Shown piece after piece: positions 1 to 8,193 of a DNA stretch of 27,994 nucleotides; positions within the stretch are counted from its first letter, which is position 1, and each line of letters starts with the position of its first letter. Under the pieces are notes generated by a model, which was not told where the DNA came from, ran no database searches, and saw only the letters and a program-made list of their open reading frames with translations. Source of the DNA: a virus (taxonomy: Duplodnaviria; Caudoviricetes); the IMG/VR virus record IMGVR_UViG_3300012667_000102, positions 1 through 27,994 of that record, one strand, 5' to 3'. The position numbers were made by a program, and so were the translations under genes.

Positions 1-210
1 TCCAATGTATAAGCAAGTGACCCATCACTCAGATCATAGATGTATGCCTTACCTGTATTAGTTCCGTAGCCGGCTTGCTCTCCATAGGCTCCTACTATAG
101 CATGTGTATCAGTGATCGCCACTGAAAAACCGAAATTATCAGAATAACTTGTGCTATATGGATTTGGATTACTCAGTGTATAGACTAATGAACCACTAGT
201 AGTTGAATAG
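1..210. repeat. Terminal direct repeat, left copy (assembly overlap of a circular or circularly permuted genome)
   Basis: 1-210 reads identically to 27785-27994 (tccaatgtataagc...tagtagttgaatag). Confidence 0.95.
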
Positions 211-434
211 ATGTATGCCTTACCTGAGCTAGTTCCACTTGCATCATCTTCGTTATATGCACCGACTATAATATATGATTCCGAAATTGCTACTGAATTA
301 CTAAAAGTATCATTTGCACTTGTGCTATATGCATTTGGGTTATCTAACACTTTAAACAGCCCGAAATCTCCTAATCCAGGAGCTCCTGACATAATATATC
401 TAGCAATACTGTTAAGTTTAAAAGCGCCAAGCAT
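1..434 (-). CDS. 5' part of FG-GAP-repeat beta-propeller protein; continues at the window end (573 aa when joined)
   Basis: ATG at 434 overlaps the upstream stop (TAATG). Reads MLGAFKLNSIARYIMSGAPGLGDFGLFKVLDNPNAYSTS... with no stop to base 1. Joining 211-434 to 26497-27994 gives 1722 nt, in frame. Confidence 0.88.
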   Translation of the reverse strand, partial: MLGAFKLNSIARYIMSGAPGLGDFGLFKVLDNPNAYSTSANDTFSNSVAISESYIIVGAYNEDDASGTSSGKAYIYSTTSGSLVYTLSNPNPYSTSYSDNFGFSVAITDTHAIVGAYGEQAGYGTNTGKAYIYDLSDGSLAYTL

Positions 435-1867
435 TATGCAAATCCTTTACCAAGACTGGCAAAATAATTAGTGCCATCATAATAAATTGACAAGATATCG
501 ATACACCCACTAGTTGCCGTTAATGCTTTATCACCACCTGCAAACTTCATAGTCGAAGTAATACTTGTATAGCTAGTTCCGCCATAGATGATTAGGGTTA
601 AACTTTGTCCGGCAACAGGGCTTGTAAACGCATTCAGTGTCAGTGCTGAATTTAATGTAATCTTTTGAACGTTGCCGTTGGTTACGTTTGGTGCAACAGT
701 TCCGCCTGTAGTGCCTAAGTCATAGATAGCACCTTCGTTGTAGTTAATTGCAGATATTTGAGTCTTGCCAGTTCCGTTAGGTGCAATAACAATGTTTCCA
801 TTACTAGCCGAAACAATCTGCTGTCCATTAACATCTAAATTGCCACCAAGTTGTGGTGTTGTATCACTAACAACATCGCTAATGCCGCCACTGACTGTTG
901 ACCAAGTCATTGCTGAACTGCCGTTAGTAGTCAATACTTGTCCGTTAGTTCCCATACCAGTTGGGAAGTCTAACGCACCCATAATGATCTTACCTGTAGT
1001 AGGTGTTAATGCAATATTACCACTACCATTAGGTTCAATACGAATATTACCATTGCTTGCACTAGTAATAGCTCTAGTATTAACATCTAAGTCCCCACCA
1101 AGTTGTGGGCTTGTATCACTAACAACATCACTAATACCACTGCTAGGAGTTGACCAAGTCATTGCACTTGATCCATTGGTAGTTAATACTTGTCCGTTAG
1201 TTCCCATACCTGTTGGGAAATCTAGTGCTCCAACAACAATCTTACCACTAGCTGGAGTTAGTAAAATATTACCTGTTCCATTAGGTGCAATGTTGATGTT
1301 TCCGTTGCTTGCTGATGTAATGTCTTTGCCATTAACATCTAAGTTGCCGCCTAGTTGTGGACTTAGATCCTGGACAACATCTGTAATGCCACTGGCGCCG
1401 CCGGAAAGTAAGTTTGATCCAACACTTGAAGTAGCTGCTGTCAAATCAATGTAAGCACCACGAGCACTTCCGCCTTCCTCAAAGATACGCAATTTATTTT
1501 GATAAACATCAATGATAACGCCAGTGCCTGAAATAGTTGAATTAGTTGCTGGTTTGGCTAGGTTAATCTGCCCACCTTCGTCACCTGAGCTATTGGTTGA
1601 AAAAAGTTCTTTCGCTTTAACATCACCGGTAGTTTCTATATTTGATGTGGCTGTAATTTTGCCCGTGCCGTTTGGTTCTATTGCAATATTGCCGTTGCTA
1701 ACAGATACAATCTTATTGCCATTGACATCAAGGTCACCACCTAATTGAGGACTTGTATCTTCAACGATATCTTCAATCTTATCGTTGTTTAAATTTGTGA
1801 TGTTTGCATCACCTTCGGTCCAGGTTAATGCTGATCCTTTACTTGCTCTTGTGACTATTGTTGACAT
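434..1867 (-). CDS. Tail fibre-like protein with internal repeats
   Basis: N-terminus MSTIVTRASKGSALT..GDANITNLN is typical of phage fibres. Four DTSPQLGGDLDVNG-type repeats and two copies of GALDFPTGMGTNGQVLTTNGSSAMTWST. GGAG SD upstream. Confidence 0.8.
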   Translation of the reverse strand: MSTIVTRASKGSALTWTEGDANITNLNNDKIEDIVEDTSPQLGGDLDVNGNKIVSVSNGNIAIEPNGTGKITATSNIETTGDVKAKELFSTNSSGDEGGQINLAKPATNSTISGTGVIIDVYQNKLRIFEEGGSARGAYIDLTAATSSVGSNLLSGGASGITDVVQDLSPQLGGNLDVNGKDITSASNGNINIAPNGTGNILLTPASGKIVVGALDFPTGMGTNGQVLTTNGSSAMTWSTPSSGISDVVSDTSPQLGGDLDVNTRAITSASNGNIRIEPNGSGNIALTPTTGKIIMGALDFPTGMGTNGQVLTTNGSSAMTWSTVSGGISDVVSDTTPQLGGNLDVNGQQIVSASNGNIVIAPNGTGKTQISAINYNEGAIYDLGTTGGTVAPNVTNGNVQKITLNSALTLNAFTSPVAGQSLTLIIYGGTSYTSITSTMKFAGGDKALTATSGCIDILSIYYDGTNYFASLGKGFA

Positions 1868-1972
1868 GTGACTTGCTCCACTAAGTTGTTGTTCTACAGC
1901 AAGGAAGGAGTCTAAGTCTTCAAAGCTGGATGTTTTCAGCAGGAAAGGGGCCTAAGCCCCAGTCCCGTCAGT
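1868..1972 (-). promoter_or_regulatory. Structured intergenic leader or attenuator upstream of the fibre gene
   Basis: Four consecutive hairpins including GGGGC-TTAG-GCCCC; three contain CTTAG; the last overlaps the SD. Confidence 0.5.
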
Positions 1973-1978
1973 TGGATA

Positions 1979-2398
1979 TTAGGCCAAGCTGATTGTCAAG
2001 TTACCAGATGTTACTTGGAAAGTATCACCAGTTTCAATTGTCTTAGATGTTGTTACAGCACCCCAGAACAATACGTTACCAGCGCCAGCAGTGCCGCCGT
2101 CCATAACTGCCACGTGAGTGATAGTGCCCCAGTTACCTATAGCTGTATCAAATGTTACAGTTGCGTTAGTTGCACTTGAACCACCTGAAGCTGCTGCAAA
2201 TGTAACTGCCTTACGTGCGTAGGCTGTTCCACTTGTGCTTGTTTCGTCAGTTAATGTGCCAGCTTCTAAGTTAGTTGCTGCTGAACCAGAAGTGTTGTTA
2301 AACAATGCCAAATAACGTGTAGATGGTGCTGTGTAACCTGTTGATGTTAAAACGTGATCGAGAACTTTGTTCTCTAAATAATTACTTGCTGCAGACAT
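1979..2398 (-). CDS. Conserved small phage virion or fibre subunit, 139 aa
   Basis: SNYLENKVLDH...YARKAVTF...WGTITHVAVMD...GNVLFWG..TTSKTI.TGDTFQ pattern is common in phage tail regions. AAGGAG SD and its own promoter motif. Confidence 0.75.
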   Translation of the reverse strand: MSAASNYLENKVLDHVLTSTGYTAPSTRYLALFNNTSGSAATNLEAGTLTDETSTSGTAYARKAVTFAAASGGSSATNATVTFDTAIGNWGTITHVAVMDGGTAGAGNVLFWGAVTTSKTIETGDTFQVTSGNLTISLA

Positions 2399-2440
2399 AT
2401 TTTTCTCCTTAAGGTATGTCGGATTTCGCGAATCGCACTT

Positions 2441-2448
2441 GTATTTAG
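2441..2448 (-). promoter_or_regulatory. T4-late-like promoter box CTAAATAC
   Basis: Intergenic, about 43 nt before the ATG at 2398, with T-tracts upstream; the motif recurs before other genes. Confidence 0.6.
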
Positions 2449-2487
2449 TGCAAACCTAAAAAATCATTAAAAAAAGGCGTAAAAAGA

Positions 2488-2721
2488 TTACCACTTGCCT
2501 AAGGGACAAGTTGAAGAATAAATTCTTACCTTGATATTCATAAAACAACCGCATTGACGGCAGTTGTTTAGTGGACCGAACAACTCCGGACACTCTTTGC
2601 ACACAGCCAACCGTTCTTGACTGCGTGTTTCTTTGTTAATTAAAAAATCAACTTCAGTTTCTACTGTGACTTCTTCTGTAGTCACTGCTTGCTCTGTATT
2701 GTTATCTGGACAACAACTCAT
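2488..2721 (-). CDS. Small Cys-rich protein (DUF6171-like)
   Basis: RLAVCKECP..NCRQCGCFM..K......CPLGKW motif. Confidence 0.7.
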   Translation of the reverse strand: MSCCPDNNTEQAVTTEEVTVETEVDFLINKETRSQERLAVCKECPELFGPLNNCRQCGCFMNIKVRIYSSTCPLGKW

Positions 2722-2722
2722 A

Positions 2723-4522
2723 TTAATATCCTCTTACTACAGTGATTGTTCCATTAGGAATTCTATTAGGCATAATAGGATTAAACGTTGTAATAACATT
2801 AAAATCAATGCCGGCTTTAGTTGTGCTACCATCAACATCTGCGGTAGTAGCTACTGTAACTACAGCATCTGAACCAACTTGAGTGATGCTAAGTGTCATA
2901 GGAACTGTTATAGTAGGACCGCCACTAAATGGAGCATTTACTGTGGCATATTTGACAGCATTAAGAGCAGTAACTACACCAGTGGTGCCATCATAAGTTG
3001 GGCACCAAACAACCGGAACTTGAACAGTAGGACATGTTGACGGTGATGGTGGAGGTGTATCATTGTCTAATATGCTAATGGCAGCAGTTTTGTCTAATTG
3101 ATTACAATTATCAGCTTGACTAGGATTGAATGTTACTGTTACTGACTGTGTGCCAGTATAAGTTCCATCATCTGTAGTTGCAACTGTTAATGTAGCTGAA
3201 TTACTATTAACTGTGACATTACCTGTTAATGCTGTAGATACTCTACCAGTGCCATCACCTGTAATAGTATATGGAACTCTAGTGCCATTGGCAAGACCAG
3301 TTGTGGTTAAGGTAACTGTTGAACTCGCACCTTCTGTGATGCTAGTCGGACTAGCTGTAGTAACGTATGTATAAGCTAGCTTATCGTATATAGTAACTGC
3401 TTTGGTTGCAGATCCAATTGTTACAGTTAATGTTTCGCCTTCGGTAGCAGCGTCTTCTGCGATAGGTATAGTTAACGTGCCTGGAACACTAATGGTGCCG
3501 GTTAATGGAAATGGTGTAATATCATCTTCGCTTACACCAGTAATAGTGTATTCGTAGTCTAATGGGTCAAACAAACAACTAGAACAATCTAATGCAACTG
3601 TTAGTGTTAGGGTATTATCTTCGCAAATTGAACTTTCACCTGTAATAATAACTCCGGGTTTTTTAACTGCTGTAAGTGCTGCATCTCTTGTAGCACTAGT
3701 TGGGCTAACAGTTTGTGTAACCTTACCAGTAGTTGGATTTTTAGTCAACACTGAATTTAACAATCCAGTGGCCATATTCAATCCCAGCAACTTGAGTAAT
3801 GTTTCTCCAGTGCTCTGATCATCTTTTTGTTGTGTAGCAGTATTAGTAATCTTGGCAGCAATGCCTGTTACTTTGGTGCGCTCTTCATAAATTAATCCGC
3901 TAGTATCATAAACGTCTTCATCATACTCTAGCGCAGTAATGCTAAGTTCAATTGAGCCATCATCATTGTCTATTTCTTCTATGCGAGTAACACGAAATAG
4001 TTTATTAACAAATCCGTATTGACTGTTAGTTACATCAATCAATTGTCCAGCTTTGGCACCTAAGCCGCTGTAATCAGATCTAAACTCAATAATTCTATCC
4101 ACGCGGCTTTGTTTCAATTCAACAGTGGCTAGATATTGTGCCTGCACTGGATTATTAACTAAGTCATAGGTAATGTTCAATGTATTATCTAACTCATTGA
4201 GAAATCTATCTTCAGAAGGGATAGACAAATCAATGTAGTCAGTTTGATCTCTAAGATCCTTATGCGGGAACTCAACACTGATTTTGTTATAAGCTTCAGT
4301 TAGACCAGTGCCGCTAACTGTGATTGATCCAATAATGTTATTGTCATCAAAGCTGAGTGTTGAGGTATCAACGTCGTTGAATACAAAGGACCAAAGTCCT
4401 GTGTTAACGTCAAAGGTAACCCATATACCGGCAGCATCTGCAATTTTGTTTATGTTACTTAAAACATTCTGTTTGGTGTCAATAACACCGTTTATAGTAA
4501 ATGCATTTAATAATGTTGACAT
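2723..4522 (-). CDS. Tail tip/hub protein, C-terminal part (tip attachment J-like) with Ig/Calx-like C-terminal domains
   Basis: NGVIDT..NVLSNI, YNKISVEFP, GQLIDVT..YGF.NKLFRVTRIEE, ITALEYDEDVY motifs; position in the tail module. Confidence 0.75.
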   Translation of the reverse strand: MSTLLNAFTINGVIDTKQNVLSNINKIADAAGIWVTFDVNTGLWSFVFNDVDTSTLSFDDNNIIGSITVSGTGLTEAYNKISVEFPHKDLRDQTDYIDLSIPSEDRFLNELDNTLNITYDLVNNPVQAQYLATVELKQSRVDRIIEFRSDYSGLGAKAGQLIDVTNSQYGFVNKLFRVTRIEEIDNDDGSIELSITALEYDEDVYDTSGLIYEERTKVTGIAAKITNTATQQKDDQSTGETLLKLLGLNMATGLLNSVLTKNPTTGKVTQTVSPTSATRDAALTAVKKPGVIITGESSICEDNTLTLTVALDCSSCLFDPLDYEYTITGVSEDDITPFPLTGTISVPGTLTIPIAEDAATEGETLTVTIGSATKAVTIYDKLAYTYVTTASPTSITEGASSTVTLTTTGLANGTRVPYTITGDGTGRVSTALTGNVTVNSNSATLTVATTDDGTYTGTQSVTVTFNPSQADNCNQLDKTAAISILDNDTPPPSPSTCPTVQVPVVWCPTYDGTTGVVTALNAVKYATVNAPFSGGPTITVPMTLSITQVGSDAVVTVATTADVDGSTTKAGIDFNVITTFNPIMPNRIPNGTITVVRGY

Positions 4523-4531
4523 TGAAATTCC

Positions 4532-6445
4532 TTAAGTTGCCACTCTTCTATATACGTAAACTTGTCCTGCACCACCTAAGTCTCCGTTAGGGGCGCCGAT
4601 GACATAACAGTCAGTGCCTATGTCAACTGTTTCACCAAACTTCATAGCTGCCGTTGCATTGTCTGGTCTTAACACAGTTTCTGCTGTCCAAGTAGTTCCA
4701 CTTCGTTTGTAGATGTAAACTGAACCTTCGCCAGGCGATCCAATAACTAATTCAGAACTAGAATTGAAACTTAGTGCTTGACCAAATCGATCATTTACTG
4801 CTGGATTCTGTGCCGTTAATGTTGTTTGCAGTGTCCATGTATCGCCAGCATCAGATGATATATAAATCTTAACATATCCAGCAGCTGGATTACTAGCATT
4901 GTTTCTTACATATCCTACAGCAAGATAACGCACATCAGCAGCGTCACGCCATACACTGGTAGTAACTTCTTGTCTATCGCCTACAAATCCAGTTTCTATG
5001 TCTGGACTACCTTTTAAGTTGAAATTATCGTAATTTCTATTATAGTATAAAATCTTAACGTATGATCCATTATCAACAGGGATAGAAATATCATCATTAA
5101 CACCGGCACTACTAATAGTAGCTGAAGCAGAATTTTGTCCGTAGACTAGGTAATCACTTCGAGGCAACTTGGTTTGATACCATCCAGTGAAAGGACTGTC
5201 GTCTTTATAATACTGCACATAGGCATCTTGTGTGTCTGGTGCAAAAATTAATGTAGCGTGACCAAAGAAACCACCATTGCCAGCAGGGCTATGAATTATT
5301 CTACCCCAGCTGTAGTTTGTATCAGCAGGAGTAAATGTTTGATCTAATGTCCAAGTGCCGGTAACTTTCTTGTAAACAAATACCTCACTACCGTATTGCT
5401 CACCAATAAACACGTTTGCATCATCTCCATATAGACTGCTACCTATTACAGATATAGCTGCACCATCGTTAGATATACGTGTATCTTGTGACCAAGTATT
5501 GCCGCTTCTAGAGAAGATGTAGCTGTAATTTGGACTAGTGTCTGGATCATTGCCTACGCCAATAACAGTAGCATCAGCGTTGATACTCAATTGAGTTCCA
5601 AAGTAGCTGTTAGTATTGCTGACATCATCTGTTAGAACTGTAACATCAAAGTAGTCAGTATTCAATACTGTTTGTGTAACTGTGGCTGTGGCTGCGATAT
5701 TACCTACTTTCAATGCTATTGCTTGAACTGACATTGCAGCAGTTGATGTAATGTTAGCAGCTAGCTTGCCAGTATTATAACGACCACGTGCAGTTATACT
5801 AGCCGTAGCAGTTATAGCAGAACGTAGTTTACCAATGTTATAACGGCCATTTGCAGTCAAATTAGCACTAGAAACTACCAAGGAAGCTGCTTGAGTTGCC
5901 TCAGCCTTCAATGCTACAGAGAACACAGCAGAGATCGCGCCTTCAAATTTAGTTGTTCCAGTAAGTTTGCCAGTTAACGCAAATTGACTTGCAAGAGTAG
6001 TTACAAACTTTGCAGAAACTGTAGTTTGTTCTGACTGTCCGGATTCATAATAGACTGTGGCTGTATACTCAAAGTCTTCTCCGTAGCCTAGAGGCAATGT
6101 AATAGTTGGTGCTCTAACAGCAGTCCAATCAGCTGCTGAATCTATATTACTAGCTCTATAAACCCCAGTGCTAGGATTAGTAACACTAATTGTTCCAGGC
6201 AATGAATCCCAAGCTACAGTAGCACCTGACACACTGCTAACGTTGATTTGATAGTAGACATTAACTACATCAGGCTGAACAATTTCTATTATTTCAATGC
6301 CAGGCTGTGCTGAAAAGATTCTATTAGTTATATTTTGATTTTGATCTACTGCCGCAGACCTATCAAAGATTACCTGTGCATCACGAAGATCGGTATATTC
6401 GAGACTTGTTTGGCCTCTTGTATTGAGTTGACTTAGGCTACGCAT
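4532..6445 (-). CDS. Putative receptor-binding protein: N-terminal domain, about 6 Ala/Thr-rich 20-21 aa repeats, C-terminal FG-GAP-like propeller
   Basis: DRFGQALS..LVIGSPG.GSVYIYKRSGTTW and FGETVDIG..YVIGAP..GQVYVY blades. Confidence 0.7.
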   Translation of the reverse strand: MRSLSQLNTRGQTSLEYTDLRDAQVIFDRSAAVDQNQNITNRIFSAQPGIEIIEIVQPDVVNVYYQINVSSVSGATVAWDSLPGTISVTNPSTGVYRASNIDSAADWTAVRAPTITLPLGYGEDFEYTATVYYESGQSEQTTVSAKFVTTLASQFALTGKLTGTTKFEGAISAVFSVALKAEATQAASLVVSSANLTANGRYNIGKLRSAITATASITARGRYNTGKLAANITSTAAMSVQAIALKVGNIAATATVTQTVLNTDYFDVTVLTDDVSNTNSYFGTQLSINADATVIGVGNDPDTSPNYSYIFSRSGNTWSQDTRISNDGAAISVIGSSLYGDDANVFIGEQYGSEVFVYKKVTGTWTLDQTFTPADTNYSWGRIIHSPAGNGGFFGHATLIFAPDTQDAYVQYYKDDSPFTGWYQTKLPRSDYLVYGQNSASATISSAGVNDDISIPVDNGSYVKILYYNRNYDNFNLKGSPDIETGFVGDRQEVTTSVWRDAADVRYLAVGYVRNNASNPAAGYVKIYISSDAGDTWTLQTTLTAQNPAVNDRFGQALSFNSSSELVIGSPGEGSVYIYKRSGTTWTAETVLRPDNATAAMKFGETVDIGTDCYVIGAPNGDLGGAGQVYVYRRVAT

Positions 6446-7206
6446 TATGTTAAAATCTCCCCAGATGGAATACCAGCACCATATCTCGTGTTGGTCATAT
6501 AGTCATATAAACAATCCCCGGGCAATGTCATTGTGTTCTTAAGATAAATCACAATGTTACCAAGTTTGGTTATTTCTTTTTCTTTGTTGTAGTTTACGCT
6601 AATCAATGCAAATACAAGATCGTTCATGTCATGACTAGTAGTCCAGTTAGGCATAAGTTCATCAGCTACTGTAGTGTTGCCTGCTGCTGCTGATGTAAAC
6701 TCAACAGGAAAGTTGCTACCACCACTAAATGGATAGATTTTAATTAAGCCATTAGGATTAGTAGATACATTACCATCAGTGTCGCTGAAGCTGGCCACAG
6801 TAACTCCATCGCTTTGAAAGTTTACTTGAAGCTCGTCCCAGTAGATGCTTTCAAAAGTTATTTCACTAGCAGTGCTATCACTTATTTTATTGCCTGTCTT
6901 TTCACAAAGCGTTAGGCAATACCACATGGTTAGATTGTCATCAGTAAGAAATGCATCTGTAATCAAAGGAGTTACATAGGCATTGCCATAGACTACTGGA
7001 ATTGAATTCTCAGTGTCTGGATCTAACTGTATACGATTGCCTGTAGTATCAGCATTGGCATTGTTGTCTTTGTTGATACTTTTAGTAATTTGATTTAATG
7101 CAAAGCCAGTAATTGCAGTTTTAGCCAAAGCACTTGCAATAGGATTGCCACTGACAAAACTAAAAGCTGTGCTGCCTGCATCAATAATGCTATCTAAGAA
7201 ACTCAT
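6445..7206 (-). CDS. Tail tip protein, N-terminal part
   Basis: IPVVYGNA, LTLCE and PGDCLYDYMTNTRYGAGIP motifs of tip attachment proteins. Confidence 0.75.
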   Translation of the reverse strand: MSFLDSIIDAGSTAFSFVSGNPIASALAKTAITGFALNQITKSINKDNNANADTTGNRIQLDPDTENSIPVVYGNAYVTPLITDAFLTDDNLTMWYCLTLCEKTGNKISDSTASEITFESIYWDELQVNFQSDGVTVASFSDTDGNVSTNPNGLIKIYPFSGGSNFPVEFTSAAAGNTTVADELMPNWTTSHDMNDLVFALISVNYNKEKEITKLGNIVIYLKNTMTLPGDCLYDYMTNTRYGAGIPSGEILT

Positions 7207-7808
7207 TGTTTAGCTCCAAAATCAAACGTGGCATTCTTTAGAGTAGGAACACGATCCATTGACAAGTCACTAGGATAAAATGCCTTTTGACTTCTTGGAT
7301 TAGTTCTTCTACCTGAGATTTTATTTTGCAATACATCCACACTGCTGTTACAAATCAATGCAAGTGTATTGGTTGCAGTTCTTGAATCAACATCATAATC
7401 TTCTTGCAAGCTGTAGTTGTTGACAAATCCAACAAAGCGACCAAATGGCCCAGTGATAGGAATTGTTCCACCTGTGACTGGATTAAAAAATGCACGATAA
7501 ACTGTAACTGGTGAACCTTTTATTCTACTGTGTATAATTTCTGCAATGCTGCTGTCAGGAATGCCACTAATAACAATAGTTAGTTCTCCGCTGCTAACAC
7601 GTAGCTCACTGCTGGAGTTAGTAACATTCATCAAGTTACCTAAGCCAACGTAAGACTCGCCGTCAATGTCAAAGCTATTGCGGTTATCGCTAAACTTCAA
7701 TACTGTGCTAGTGTAGCTTCCGCCAGCTGTTGTTCTGTATTGGTCAATCTCAACTTTTACAAATAAATTGCTTTGTAGACTATCATATGATGCATATAAG
7801 TTAGGCAT
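7203..7808 (-). CDS. Minor tail or baseplate hub protein
   Basis: YVGLGNLMNV, GSPVTVYRAFF, GRRTNP.SQ..FYPSD.SMDRV motifs; follows the distal tail gene. Confidence 0.7.
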   Translation of the reverse strand: MPNLYASYDSLQSNLFVKVEIDQYRTTAGGSYTSTVLKFSDNRNSFDIDGESYVGLGNLMNVTNSSSELRVSSGELTIVISGIPDSSIAEIIHSRIKGSPVTVYRAFFNPVTGGTIPITGPFGRFVGFVNNYSLQEDYDVDSRTATNTLALICNSSVDVLQNKISGRRTNPRSQKAFYPSDLSMDRVPTLKNATFDFGAKQ

Positions 7809-8188
7809 TATACAACCTCAACAAAAACAAATGCGCCACTCCAGCTAACTTGATTACGTGCAAAAATAGTCCATTCAGGAAACTGTGTGCAAATGACAGT
7901 ATAACTTAAATCACTTGTAGGCTCTACGTCTTCATAGAACCAAGGAAACTTAGCGTAAGGAATAGTGATTGTAGCTGTGCTTACACGATCTAGTGTCTCA
8001 GCAGCTTCGATATCACTTTTTAAATCACTCCATCTGATACCATCAGGAAGTTTAACTTCAAAACGCTTAGGAGGAACACCACGACTTACTGCACGAACCT
8101 TACCATCACGAGCTGTAGTTTGTGCAACTATCTTTTTTCTATTAATGCTGATTGATTCAGCTGAGTCTATAATCCATTGAAACGACAT
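7808..8188 (-). CDS. Putative distal tail protein
   Basis: 126 aa directly after the tape measure; ends with F.FVEV as Dit-like proteins often do. Confidence 0.6.
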   Translation of the reverse strand: MSFQWIIDSAESISINRKKIVAQTTARDGKVRAVSRGVPPKRFEVKLPDGIRWSDLKSDIEAAETLDRVSTATITIPYAKFPWFYEDVEPTSDLSYTVICTQFPEWTIFARNQVSWSGAFVFVEVV

Positions 8189-8193
8189 ACCTT

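Noticed and set aside
1-210. Biological terminal repeat or att site
   Set aside because: It falls mid-gene inside a tandem repeat, which is typical of an assembler overlap, and there is no integrase
1868-1972. tRNA-like cloverleaf
   Set aside because: No TTC T-loop, D-loop GG or 7-bp acceptor stem; kept only as a structured leader
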